Below are positions 17,658 through 28,800 of a DNA stretch of 56,141 nt, in pieces. The stretch is from Thermoplasmata archaeon (GTDB taxonomy: Archaea > Thermoplasmatota > Poseidoniia > Poseidoniales > Thalassarchaeaceae). Under the pieces are notes generated by a model. The model had not been told where the DNA came from. It made no database searches and saw only the letters and a program-made list of their open reading frames with translations. Position 1 is the first letter of the stretch. Each line of letters begins with the position of its first letter. The DNA lies in NCBI GenBank assembly GCA_002727675.1, contig PBXQ01000057.1, positions 1 to 56,141 on the forward strand. Direction: 5' to 3'. Made by a program: the position numbers and the translations under genes.

Positions 17658-20600
17658 TTGACAAACCCCCCTTGTCCTGCAGGTATGATGCAGCGTAGTC
17701 TATGCTCAAGGTTATTGCCGGCATTTCTAGTGCTATTGCTGTTTGGCACATCTCTTTCATATGTAGTTGAAGACAACCCAACTTTGTCATATGAAAAGAC
17801 TATCAATAACACTTCACTAAATGTAGAAACATCAGTTTCAATTACAAATTATCCAAATGGTACATCAAATGACTTGAAATTAGAGGTTCCTCAAGGGCAT
17901 GCGGTCACCGATATGGATTTATCTTTAAGACCACATATTCACCCTATTTCTCAAAGCATGGCATGGTCTACTTCTTCTGATTGGAATATGACTGGAGTAA
18001 TTACTGATGGTGTTGATTTCAATTCTAGTAGTGGTATGACAGTTTTACCTCAAGGATATAGTTGGGATTTTGAGTCTGGGAGTATTCCTAGCCCATGGAC
18101 CATGTCAGGGACTTCAAATTGGGTGGCTCAGACTGGGACCACACTTAGTGGCCAGTATTCAGCTCAATCTGGTTCTATCTACCACAATCAATGGACTGCA
18201 ATGAGTGTTACTATTTCCAACATGGTTGGCACTGGATCATTTAAGTTTAGGACATCAACAGAGACTAATTATGATTATCTTCTATTTTGCATAGATAATA
18301 CAGGATGTTCCCGTTACAGTGGATATTATAGTAGGTGGTCTGGATATAATAGCGGAACTCAAAGTTTCAATATTGCATCTGGGACTCATACTTACACTTG
18401 GAAATATTACAAGGATGGTAGTGTTAATTCTGGCTCAGATAGGGTATGGATTGATGACGTTGTTTTCACCCCTAGTGGAGGGGGTGGTACTGGAGAAGCT
18501 AATTGGACCTCGCCACAATTTGGTCCAGGAGCAACAGGCAATCTCAAGACAACACCAGATAATTATGGTATTATGAGCGTCGATGCTACTACTTCAGGTA
18601 GTTCAACAATCACATGGGATATTTTGGACGGCGTAAGTAAGCAGCCGATTTATGGCTTTTCAGAAAGAACGGAGTTATTTTCAGATTTAGGCTCAATTGA
18701 TTGGGAAAAACACCCAACAATTCGTTTAAGGCTTCATTTGTACCAAGCATCGGGTACCATTACCATACATGGCGTAGGAATAGAAGGGAGATATGAACAA
18801 TCTTTCACACGCAACCCTGATTGGTCGGGTTCTATCAATTGGGATGGTGATTCATATCCAGGTGCAGGTACAATAACATCTCCGATAATAGAATCCTCAA
18901 GTCCAATTTCTAGATTGAAGTCAACAGCTACATATTCAGGTTCAGGGCAACTGTACGTTTCTGCTGATGGCGGTGCATTTACTTCAATATCAAATAATGG
19001 TCAGGTTTACACTTTCTCTACTTATGTGCATAGCTTACAATTTCAATGGCAATCAAGTTCTTCTGGTACTGATTTTAGATCAGTTAGAATAGATATTGAT
19101 TCTGGTGGATTGCCCCTTGATCCTGCTATTGATGTCGGATTAGATGGTCTGAAGGAATGGGAATTATCCCACCCTAATATTGGGCCATGGGGTTGGCAAA
19201 ATCGTCTTTCAACAGGTGGTTTATCACATGATTTTTCATTTACAACATCATCTAGTAAGCAAGTAGGGGTTTGGTTACCAAAATCTGGTGTTGATTGTAT
19301 GCGTTTTTCTATTAATCCTTCATCTGCAACGATTCAAAATTTAGTCGTTGAACTTTCACTGGGAGGGGTCACTGTTTATAGTGAATCAATGGGTACCTTT
19401 TCAGATTCACAAATAATCACTCTTAATTCTACATCTCTAGCCTCCTTAAATACTCAGTTAAACAATGTTATGAAAATTTGGCCGGCGGCAAATGTTCAAA
19501 CTGGAATGAACTATAGTCAGGCGGTTTTTACTTTGACAGCAGATTATGGTACTGTAAGAATGGGGGGTATTTCTGGGGTTAGCCATCCTTATGCAAATTT
19601 GAGTTATGATACATTTGATCAAATGGTTTGGTCAGTTAATGACCTCCTTTCATTGGTAAACCCAAACTCAGGTACCATGCACGCTCCATTGTCAATTCAG
19701 ATGTCACATTCAGGAGTCATTAAAGCAACAATAAAAAATATGCAATCATCCAATGATGTTAGTACTGATTCATTAGTTATTAACAATGGGACAACCACTT
19801 TAGCCCCATCTTACCAGTGGCTAGAAGTTAATTCAACACATACAGCACCAGTTGGTACTGTTTCTGCAGTCCAACTAGATTTGATGGGTTCTTTACACCA
19901 TGTTCAAATGTTATGCCGTGAAGACGGAACAATTGCTCCTGTACAAGGCTCTTCAGATGAAAATATGATATTGTGGGATGCAAATGGTTGTAGTTTGGAT
20001 GTAAACGCTACAAGTTCTTTCAGTACATTGCGATTCAGATTAAATGCATCTTGGGATGATGAAGAACATCTTATGATGAGAATAAGAATTGTTCTTAATG
20101 ATGGTAGAAGGAGTGTTCCAATTTCTCAGTCATTCGGTCCAAATGAATTATTAGCTATTGAAAATGACGTGGAAGTAGTTTCTTGGGGCATGTTTAATGA
20201 TTTAGGGTTGCCAATTCCAGTTGATAAGCAGTACTTAAAACATAATTCTCCTATTTCCATTTCAGTTGATCTTGGATTCAATGGCTTGAACAGTAATCTT
20301 GCTCCTAAGTCTGGCGATGTTGCTGTGAGAATATTTGAGAATGATGTGATTGTTGCTAATTCTACAAATTTAGTCAATGGGTCGGTAGTTTTCAATTTAG
20401 TCTCTCCTCTCAGTTCTCAGCCAATTGAATATAGGGTAGACATTTACCCTCTATATGGTCAAGAAAATTTTTCGTCAATTGTATTGAATAGAACTTATGA
20501 GATAGATTCTCTTTCACCAATGGTTATCAATCAAAATATACGTAAATTTGATCATTTACAACACTCCCTAACTCAGGAAATAAAGGTGGAGGTCTATGAC

Positions 20601-22796
20601 CGCCCTACATTACCAGACCAATTATCACTAATGTTGTGGAGGGACTGGTTGGATGATGACGGGGACGGTATTCCAAATGCTACAGAATTTGTTGAATTTG
20701 TTTTGAGTAGTCCTACAAACCTTACAAAAGCACAAGGAAATTATACATTTTACCTTGATGATACTGATGCTCCGAATGGGGGGATAGTAGCAGGCTACGT
20801 TAATGGTTCAGATGCCGCGGGGAACATTATCACCAAAGGTGGAGGGCCTGGGATTGATGAGCAATTATTCACCTATCAATTGGCTCAAGATGGAGCGCCA
20901 TACATTGTTGGTACTGGTGGTTTTAGTGATGGTGAGCATTCATGGTTGCATCCTGCTACAGAATATGAAATATCCATTCCATTCGATGAACCTAATGGTT
21001 TAGCAGATTTAGAAGATGTTAGATTCCAACTCGCCAGTAATTCAATAGTTGATTCATTAGAAGTTGTTTGGAATGCCACTACCAACCGTTGTGTAAGTTC
21101 TGGTGATTATTTAATTGTTAATTCCTGTCATATTCATGCTAGAGATGGTGAAATTAGGCCTTATACTAGTGAGTTAGAACTAAGGCTTGATTTTTCTTTG
21201 GATTGGGGGTTGCCAATTGAAAATGATTTACGACGCGCCCCTGCAATAACTGTAACAGATAGAGGTGGTTCTGAATCTTGGCTAGAGTTACCTCAACTTA
21301 GGTGGAGATTCTCTCCTAATTTGGCCATTCTAAGTGAATCTATAGTTTTAGATTCAGAAGTAGGTGCAGTGATAAATCATAGTGCATGGGTTTTACCTGG
21401 TTCTGGCCTAAATATCTCAGGGCAAGTTACTTTCATGGAAACTGGTTTTGCTCCCACGTTACCCTTCGATGTTTCAATTCTATTAGACGGTGAAAGAACA
21501 ATAATTTCTACTACGAATGGTTATTTCTTATCTCAATTAAATGCCCCAATTGAATCAAAGAGTCATGCCCTTTCATTTGAATTAACAGGGTTACCCCCTG
21601 AGGCTGTAGATGCTACCGATCCTGCTGATACATTATTTTGGATAGAAGTTGATGGCAATCCCCCCACTCCCTCGGGTGTAGATTCGCCGAGAGAAGGAAC
21701 TGAGATTTCAGTTGATTCATTATCTCAAATTAAAGTTGAGTTGCTTTTGTCAGAGCAAGAAAAATTAGATGTTGGAACCTTAGAATTATATTACAAAGTT
21801 TCCTTGTCAAGCCAATTAAATGGTCCCTCGTTAATTGAAGGATCAGAGCCATTAATTGTTAGTGGTTCCCCGGTAGGTCAGTCTATTTCAGCCTCATCTG
21901 TAGTGGATATTGTTAGTCGGTTGCCTGAGGATTCATATCAAGAATCTCTCTCATTTTCAGTTTGGGTCAAGGGTAGTGATATGGCTGGTAATGCAATGGA
22001 ATCAACTGTATTATTCAATAGTGGATCTAACCCATTTGCAACGTGGAAAATTGAACAACTTGTTGCTGATATAGATATTACAAAAGTTAGTTATTCAAGA
22101 TCTGGAGAAATTGAATCTGGACAAACAACCATGGTAACAGTTGAACTGAGAAATAGTGGTCATGCCCCTGGTAGTGTTAAATTACTAGGTTATGAGATGG
22201 GTAGAGATGGTGAAAACCGTTCCTTGACTCCTGTTCCAGTTTCTGTTGTTGTCCCTATGGGTGAGAGAATAACTTACGACATAGATTGGATTCCTGAGGA
22301 TAAGGGCGAGAGGTGGGTGATAATATCATTAGAAGATGGTTCTTCAATTGAAGGGGATCACATCAATATATTGGGTGATGGTAGTGATGACCCCTTAGGA
22401 AGTGCATTCCAAGATGTTCCTATGACTTGGATTGCAGTCATAGTAATCTTGTTACTTATTCTTACTCTAGTGGTTTCTCTAGCCTTAAGGACTGGTGGAT
22501 CATCTGAATCAGTACTAGATGATACAGATGATTGGGGTGATGATTGGGAAGAAGAAGAAACAACCTCTACTTATGCATCCCCGGCACAGGCAATGTCTAC
22601 AATTTCATCAGATAATACCCCTAATTACCAACAATATGGTCATAATCAGCTTGATGGCCAAGTTAATCAGCAATACCATCAGCAGCCACAGCAGGTTCAA
22701 CAAACTCAATATCAATGGACTCCTGAACAAATTAAAGCATATGAGCAACAAAATGCTCAGAATTACTATTCTGGTTACCAACAACCACCGCAATAA
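17658..22796 (+). CDS. Giant (1712 aa) cell-surface protein: signal/TM, jelly-roll (MAM-like) module, multiple Ig-like domains, C-terminal TM, acidic then Gln/Tyr-rich tail
   Basis: N-terminal hydrophobic LLPAFLVLLLFG; WDFESG...YDYLLFCID...WKYYKDGSV...WIDDVVF module; TM WIAVIVILLLILTLVVSLAL; tail DDWGDDWEEEE followed by QQY repeats. Confidence 0.85.
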   Translation: MTNPPCPAGMMQRSLCSRLLPAFLVLLLFGTSLSYVVEDNPTLSYEKTINNTSLNVETSVSITNYPNGTSNDLKLEVPQGHAVTDMDLSLRPHIHPISQSMAWSTSSDWNMTGVITDGVDFNSSSGMTVLPQGYSWDFESGSIPSPWTMSGTSNWVAQTGTTLSGQYSAQSGSIYHNQWTAMSVTISNMVGTGSFKFRTSTETNYDYLLFCIDNTGCSRYSGYYSRWSGYNSGTQSFNIASGTHTYTWKYYKDGSVNSGSDRVWIDDVVFTPSGGGGTGEANWTSPQFGPGATGNLKTTPDNYGIMSVDATTSGSSTITWDILDGVSKQPIYGFSERTELFSDLGSIDWEKHPTIRLRLHLYQASGTITIHGVGIEGRYEQSFTRNPDWSGSINWDGDSYPGAGTITSPIIESSSPISRLKSTATYSGSGQLYVSADGGAFTSISNNGQVYTFSTYVHSLQFQWQSSSSGTDFRSVRIDIDSGGLPLDPAIDVGLDGLKEWELSHPNIGPWGWQNRLSTGGLSHDFSFTTSSSKQVGVWLPKSGVDCMRFSINPSSATIQNLVVELSLGGVTVYSESMGTFSDSQIITLNSTSLASLNTQLNNVMKIWPAANVQTGMNYSQAVFTLTADYGTVRMGGISGVSHPYANLSYDTFDQMVWSVNDLLSLVNPNSGTMHAPLSIQMSHSGVIKATIKNMQSSNDVSTDSLVINNGTTTLAPSYQWLEVNSTHTAPVGTVSAVQLDLMGSLHHVQMLCREDGTIAPVQGSSDENMILWDANGCSLDVNATSSFSTLRFRLNASWDDEEHLMMRIRIVLNDGRRSVPISQSFGPNELLAIENDVEVVSWGMFNDLGLPIPVDKQYLKHNSPISISVDLGFNGLNSNLAPKSGDVAVRIFENDVIVANSTNLVNGSVVFNLVSPLSSQPIEYRVDIYPLYGQENFSSIVLNRTYEIDSLSPMVINQNIRKFDHLQHSLTQEIKVEVYDRPTLPDQLSLMLWRDWLDDDGDGIPNATEFVEFVLSSPTNLTKAQGNYTFYLDDTDAPNGGIVAGYVNGSDAAGNIITKGGGPGIDEQLFTYQLAQDGAPYIVGTGGFSDGEHSWLHPATEYEISIPFDEPNGLADLEDVRFQLASNSIVDSLEVVWNATTNRCVSSGDYLIVNSCHIHARDGEIRPYTSELELRLDFSLDWGLPIENDLRRAPAITVTDRGGSESWLELPQLRWRFSPNLAILSESIVLDSEVGAVINHSAWVLPGSGLNISGQVTFMETGFAPTLPFDVSILLDGERTIISTTNGYFLSQLNAPIESKSHALSFELTGLPPEAVDATDPADTLFWIEVDGNPPTPSGVDSPREGTEISVDSLSQIKVELLLSEQEKLDVGTLELYYKVSLSSQLNGPSLIEGSEPLIVSGSPVGQSISASSVVDIVSRLPEDSYQESLSFSVWVKGSDMAGNAMESTVLFNSGSNPFATWKIEQLVADIDITKVSYSRSGEIESGQTTMVTVELRNSGHAPGSVKLLGYEMGRDGENRSLTPVPVSVVVPMGERITYDIDWIPEDKGERWVIISLEDGSSIEGDHINILGDGSDDPLGSAFQDVPMTWIAVIVILLLILTLVVSLALRTGGSSESVLDDTDDWGDDWEEEETTSTYASPAQAMSTISSDNTPNYQQYGHNQLDGQVNQQYHQQPQQVQQTQYQWTPEQIKAYEQQNAQNYYSGYQQPPQ

Positions 22797-22842
22797 TTCG
22801 GATAACGATTTTGACCTTTTCTTCCGCTTATTTCATATCACA

Positions 22843-23171
22843 TAGGTGTGCAGGCATGGTTGCGAGGGAGTAGGAGGGTTGCTGACAGTGTACGACACTG
22901 AGGAAAGTCCCCTCTCCACCATGCAGGCGCCTCGATTCACTTCGGGAGCCCGGGAGGGTTGGCTCTGCTTCAGAAACGAACCAGTGCAGTCGTGTACTAT
23001 GAATCCGAAAGGAGGAGATTGTCTGATACTGGCTGAGACGAGTAACCGCGCCGGAGCAAGTCCAAACAGTTCCGCCGAACAGCATGGAAGAGGAACGGGT
23101 AGGATGCTAAGTTGAATGCAACCAGCCGAAAGGTCAACAGAAAGGGGCTTACTCCCTACTCCCCGCACCTA
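22843..23171 (+). ncRNA. rnpB: RNase P RNA (archaeal)
   Basis: Universal GAGGAAAGTCC (~22900-22910) and AACAGAAAGGGGCTTACT (~23136-23153); P1 GGGAGTAGG/CCTACTCCC; short P3 CAGTGT-ACG-ACACTG; GC-rich island between genes. Confidence 0.95.
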
Positions 23172-25814
23172 TTCTAGGGTTTCATCAATTGATGGTGTTA
23201 CACTTTCTTGATTAGAATTCATTATTGTATTACTAAGGTTGCTTTCTACTTCAATAGTGGCTAGTGTCTGTAATTTATCTTCCCAATCTAAAGTTGGATT
23301 TTTTGATTTGTTAATTCTAACAATCGAACCTATTGTTAGTCCAATTCCAATAATAATTAGAATGCCCAATAAATATTCTACCATGGTATTTGCTTCCCAA
23401 GACTTGACGTCAGATGTTTCAGTAGAATCTTCATTATTGACTATTTCAATTTCTAATGTTTCATTTTCAACATCACTGGATTGTGCTGGCAGTGCTGATG
23501 GCCATTTTAAAAGAGCAGTTTTTTCAGACCAGGATGAGTTTTTAGAAATCCGTATAATATATTCGTATTCCCCAATTTTAGGTAAAATTTCTATTTCTAA
23601 AACCTGAGAACTTTGGTTGTGTTGGGTTAGTCCATCAATTGTGGTAGTAAACATACAATCATCTTCGCAACTCATGTTGGCAATTATTGTGGCGTTATCA
23701 TTATTGTGAGTCGGCATGTGTGAAACAATAATCGATAATGACATTATTGGGCAACCTCTAATCGTACCTTTAGTGAAAGGACATTCGTCCAATGCATCAT
23801 TCCGACCATCATTATCAGAATCTCTTTGAGTGGGAGAACAACCTACATTGTTGGGTATTTCATTAACGGGTGTGTTTTGACATTGATCTATATCTTCAGA
23901 AACTCCATCAGAATCTGCGTCTAGTTGAGATAGCGAACAGCCAAATTGGTTTACCTCTAAACCATTTGATGTCCCAGGGCATAAATCAACGTCATCATAC
24001 ACCCCATCTAGGTCACTATCCAATTGACTCGGTGAGCACCCGTCTTCATTTGGAATCTCGTCATAAGGGGTATTAGGACATTGATCCAAATTATTCATTA
24101 TTCCATCCCAATCATCATCAATTTGGTTATCTGCACAACCAATGGTATTTACTGAAGCATTTTCGTCTGTTTCAGGGCAGGCATCATTATCATCAGTGAC
24201 ATTATCTAAATCAGTATCTTTTTGATATTCAGCACAACCATCATCATCGACTTGGAAATTTGAAAGTGTGTTAGGACAAATATCTATGTTATCGGTAATG
24301 CCATCAGAATCAGTATCTTTTTGATAACTAGCACATCCAAATTCATCAATTGTAGAATTTATAATGGTGTTAGGGCATTGGTCCAATAAGTCATTAATTC
24401 CATCTTCATCACTATCTAGGTCAGCCAATCTACATCCAAAGTGATTCACGGAATCGCCAATAGGAGTTTTAGGGCAATTATCAAAGTCATTTTCAATTCC
24501 ATCTCCATCAGTGTCAGGGGCGCCAATTTGTTCCAGAAAATACATGCTTAGTAATTTGTGAGTTGTTCCTGAGGGATGGATTTTGTCAAAGAACATGAAC
24601 TCGTCAACCGTTGGCTCGATATAATCTCCCGATTCACAAGTAATAGAATCATGGTGGCAGGCTGAATGTGTGACATTAGATAACCCATAGAATGAGCTAT
24701 TCCAGTAGAGTGTTTCATACATTTGGAACACATCAATTAAATGGATGTTAATACTAAGGGAATTTTGACTTGAATTCATGGCAGTATCTAGTTTTGAGTT
24801 GTAATCAATCATTCGATTATGCATAGCTTGCTTGTCAGAATCACTTTCATCTGAATATGTGGGGACTTTCTCTAACGGTGGCATATTTAGGACTATGATA
24901 TTTCTAGCCCCGTTAGATGCTAAGTCATTGACATGGTCGACTATGTAATTGACTACTTTTTGTGTATCTGTTTCTCCACTGTTAAGGAAATTGTTTCCAC
25001 CCCCCCAAACTACTACAGTTTCGTTTGGTGCAATCCAATAGTTGTTTGTATAATCTTCAATTTGCTTACCTATGTTTGGAATCACAAAGAAGTTTAGCCC
25101 ATCTCCTGCTTCCGCGCCACCAAATGCTCTATTTGGATCCGAGGAACTACCAGTTCCGGGTGTAATTCCTACCCCCATTCCTAATGCGACATACTCATTC
25201 CAAACAGGGCCATTTGAAAACCTGCCAGCATAATATGGTGGCGATTCTGGAGTGTTATAAGTTGCTTTTGAATTACCCATGTCACTTAATGAATCACCAA
25301 ATACCAATAATTTTGACGTACTTAAATTGATAGAGGTTTGGAAAATCACAAATTCTTTCTCAGCGTAGTCTAGCATTAGATTTCTACTTTGATCCCAAAG
25401 TACAATTCTAAGCGTGTATTCATACGAATAGTTGACCCACAATTCGTATGCTGGTATGGAGAAATTTATGGTGCCTTGTGACGAATTAAATCCTATGCTT
25501 GATCCATTATGTGTTGCAGTACCATTATTTGCATAACCCGCATAGAAAGTGTAATCGTAATGATATAGGTTGTTACTAGAGTTATCCATGCCATTCCAAG
25601 ATAAATTCCAATTTATCATTTCACCAGTTTCAAAAGCATGGACATTTGGAAGTGTCACAAATCCTTGCATCCCGATGTCAATATTTTCATTACCTGTGGT
25701 AGATTTTATTGTGCCTGCTGAAATTGAAATTGAACCCAATGGGATAATTAGGAGCATTATTGCTACTAGCAAGTAGGCGCGTCGCCGATTTGAATGGTTA
25801 TATTGGCTTAGCAC
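23169..25814 (-). CDS. Membrane-anchored SGNH/GDSL esterase-lipase fused to thrombospondin type-3-like repeats
   Basis: VFGDSLSDMGN (block I), GRFSNGPVW, WGGGNN, FFDKIHP (block V); 8 DxDxDG..CP..GC repeats; N-terminal signal and C-terminal TM. Confidence 0.9.
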   Translation of the reverse strand: MLSQYNHSNRRRAYLLVAIMLLIIPLGSISISAGTIKSTTGNENIDIGMQGFVTLPNVHAFETGEMINWNLSWNGMDNSSNNLYHYDYTFYAGYANNGTATHNGSSIGFNSSQGTINFSIPAYELWVNYSYEYTLRIVLWDQSRNLMLDYAEKEFVIFQTSINLSTSKLLVFGDSLSDMGNSKATYNTPESPPYYAGRFSNGPVWNEYVALGMGVGITPGTGSSSDPNRAFGGAEAGDGLNFFVIPNIGKQIEDYTNNYWIAPNETVVVWGGGNNFLNSGETDTQKVVNYIVDHVNDLASNGARNIIVLNMPPLEKVPTYSDESDSDKQAMHNRMIDYNSKLDTAMNSSQNSLSINIHLIDVFQMYETLYWNSSFYGLSNVTHSACHHDSITCESGDYIEPTVDEFMFFDKIHPSGTTHKLLSMYFLEQIGAPDTDGDGIENDFDNCPKTPIGDSVNHFGCRLADLDSDEDGINDLLDQCPNTIINSTIDEFGCASYQKDTDSDGITDNIDICPNTLSNFQVDDDGCAEYQKDTDLDNVTDDNDACPETDENASVNTIGCADNQIDDDWDGIMNNLDQCPNTPYDEIPNEDGCSPSQLDSDLDGVYDDVDLCPGTSNGLEVNQFGCSLSQLDADSDGVSEDIDQCQNTPVNEIPNNVGCSPTQRDSDNDGRNDALDECPFTKGTIRGCPIMSLSIIVSHMPTHNNDNATIIANMSCEDDCMFTTTIDGLTQHNQSSQVLEIEILPKIGEYEYIIRISKNSSWSEKTALLKWPSALPAQSSDVENETLEIEIVNNEDSTETSDVKSWEANTMVEYLLGILIIIGIGLTIGSIVRINKSKNPTLDWEDKLQTLATIEVESNLSNTIMNSNQESVTPSIDETLE
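23748..24518 (-). repeat. Eight tandem ~33-aa TSP3-like calcium-binding repeats (protein level)
   Basis: e.g. LDSDEDGINDLLDQCPNT...DEFGCASYQ and KDTDSDGITDNIDICPNT...DDDGCAEYQ. Confidence 0.88.
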
Positions 25815-25856
25815 GTTATGGCTAAAGTGCCACCCAACATATAATTTATCAGATAC

Positions 25857-28800
25857 TTACCCAGTAAGTTCTGCTTCCATAACTTCAGACACAATATGGG
25901 CACTTTCTCGGTAATCTTCCCAATTCCCTTCTCCCTTTATTTTTGATTCAAGTATCTTAAAAGCTGAAATCAAAGCGGGCAAGAGAATTGAACTTGTCAT
26001 CAGTGCTAGGAAAATAAGCAACATCATTAGTGTAAAGAAATTCCTCAAACCAGGTATGGCTAAGGTAAGTCCTGCAGCTAAACCTGCACAAGTAGTTGCG
26101 GTAGTCTCAAAGATAGTTTGACCAGTTCTTGCAACCGCCTTGACGATGCCTCCAGGGGTTTCTTTTTCTTCCCTAATTCGGTCCATTACGTGTATTGAAT
26201 CATCAACTCCAATCCCAAATACGATTGTACTAATCATTGCGGTGAATACATTGACATTTACGTCACCAGTTCTCATCAATAGGGGTTGCCAAAGAACTAC
26301 AACGCCTACAGCAGTCATAGTAAAGAAGGCAAGCCTCGGACTTCTAAACAGTAATGTCATAGCGAATAGAAGGACAATCATTGTCGCAATCGTAGCATCT
26401 GATTGAGCATTGTGAACTCCTTTGTTGATATCTAATGAAACAGGTAAACCACCAGTTAGAAGCGAGTTCTTTACTCCATCGACATCCAATGCATCGCAAC
26501 TTAATGCATCATCACAGCCCCCATCAGAAAGATACGCATCAAGTTGATCTCGTAATTCACTAGCTCTAGATAGTGCAATGTACGGTTGATTAACATAAAC
26601 AAGTGTTTTTGTTTCTCCAAGATTAGCCATTGGTTCGTTCATCAACATAGAGCGAACTTCGTAAGAAAGAGTATCAAATGCGATATTTATCATTACTTCT
26701 CTAGTTGTGGCGGTGGTAATTACTATGTCGCCAGTAATGATGCATTCAGGCTGTAATTGGTCTTCCCAGCATGGGGAATGTAATAATTCCCAAAGTGAGC
26801 GATCATACATTTCCTGTCCTGAAAAATTGACATTTATGTGAATTGCTTTCAATATTGTAACCAAACTTATTGATGTAGTATTTTCAACATGGTTAATCTC
26901 TTCTTCTTGGATATATTCAATCGCATCTAAAACTTCTAAATGTCTAATTGGTGCAATATCGTCTCTGACACCTCTAGCTTCGGCGTCGATTATGAACATG
27001 TTTGTTTGCCCTCCTTCAAATACCATAGAATATTCTCTTAATGTCTCATATGATTCTAAGCCAGGAGGAACTTCATCCGATGAACCAGTGATGTCTTTTC
27101 CTAGTTCTGCACCAAGGATGTAAGCTCCGACTCCACTAATTAAGAAAGCAACAACAATTACTATCCAAGCGCCCTTTACAGGAATTTCACCGATCTTTTC
27201 CCAAATCTTTTCCGCTTTCTGTCCCCCTGTTTTTCTATATCTTACTAACCAACCTAAAGCAGGAACTAAAATTATACTGAAAAAGAATGTGCAGGTTATT
27301 CCTAATACCAAAGTTATTCCAACAGTTCTCATTGGCTGAATAGGTACTAGCCAAGCCCAAGCCAATACGCTGAATCCAACAATTGTGGTAATTGCTGATA
27401 GTAATATAGCGTGACCAGTAGTCATAATCGCATGCACTGTGGCGTCAAGGTAGAGTTGTTTGTCCCAAGCTTCTAGTTCATCTAATATTTCGCCATCCCT
27501 TTTTGATTGCTTAACTAGAAGTGAATGTTCTTCTAACATAATATTTCGCGTTTCTTCAATTCTGTTAATTAGGTGCAAAGCATAATCTACCCCTAATCCT
27601 ATCAAAATTGGGCCGGCTGCTATTATCATAGGCGTTAGCATGATATCAAGAATCACAGTGGTGCCAAATGTTACTGCCAAACTTAGAACAATTGGAGTTC
27701 CGCATATTATGAGGACCTTTGGATTACGGTGAAGAGCAATCATCACTAAGCACACAAAAGCTAGGCTGATGGGCAACATGTCTTCCAATGCAAGGTAGAT
27801 TGCATCTGAAACATCATGTAATACGGGAGTCAAGCCAGTGACTGTAATTGCTTGCCTAGTGGGGAGTTCACCCCAACGTTCATCCTCCATACTTGAGAGT
27901 TTGATTCCTTCATAGTCACGCGCACATAAATGGTCATCATATTCATTATAATTTATTGAACAGTCATTAATTACTGCTTTAACATGAAGAATGAATGATT
28001 TATGGTCTAAGATTTCATTTCCATTAGGGTCTGTCCTAGTATCGACATCAGTACCAGTCATATCAAATCTGATTCCCATCACTACAACAGTGGTGTCCCA
28101 AATCCCATCTCCATTAGTATCAATAACTAGGCTGTCCAATGATTTACCAAGATTTTCAACAGTATTGTTAATTCTATCTTGATTGTTTGGGATTACATAA
28201 GTTTCGCGAGGGTCCTGATTGGTAATTGTGCAATCATCGCCAGTTTGAATAGGCAAACCATATTTTTCTACAGAACAAGCAAATCTATTGGGGGCTGAGT
28301 TAGCCTCTTTAATCATCTGTGATGCACTTAAAATCCAAACTACTCCATCTTGAGTGCCTCTGTCTTCTTTATTCCAATCTATGCCTCTAGAGTACCTCCC
28401 CATGTCTTTGTTGTCATCATCGCCTTCAAGATAACTAATCTGTCGAAGGATTTCAATATCGGTGACATTTTCTGTACCCCGTTTTGTAGGGTCATCTATT
28501 GAATTATCAGTGTGGATATATAGCAATACAATATCAGTTGACCACTGTTCCCTTACATCTAGGAGTAATTCTGTTGAATCAGCACCTTCTGGTAGATAAA
28601 TTTCTACATCACCATTAATTTGTTGCCCAAAATCCATTGCATCTTTACCAACAAGAAAAGTCAGAAGGACCATTACTATGACAATTGGTCCCGGCGAGCG
28701 GAAAATTGTACGATAGAAACGGGTTGTTTGACCCTTGGCGAATGAATGAGTCCATCCACTAATCTCTGCCACTTTTCCTTGTATATCGTCAGAAATATCA

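Noticed and set aside
22828-23168. Three overlapping ORFs (22828-23085 -, 22833-23168 -, 22846-23115 +)
   Set aside because: They are shadows of the GC-rich RNase P RNA, which explains the region fully
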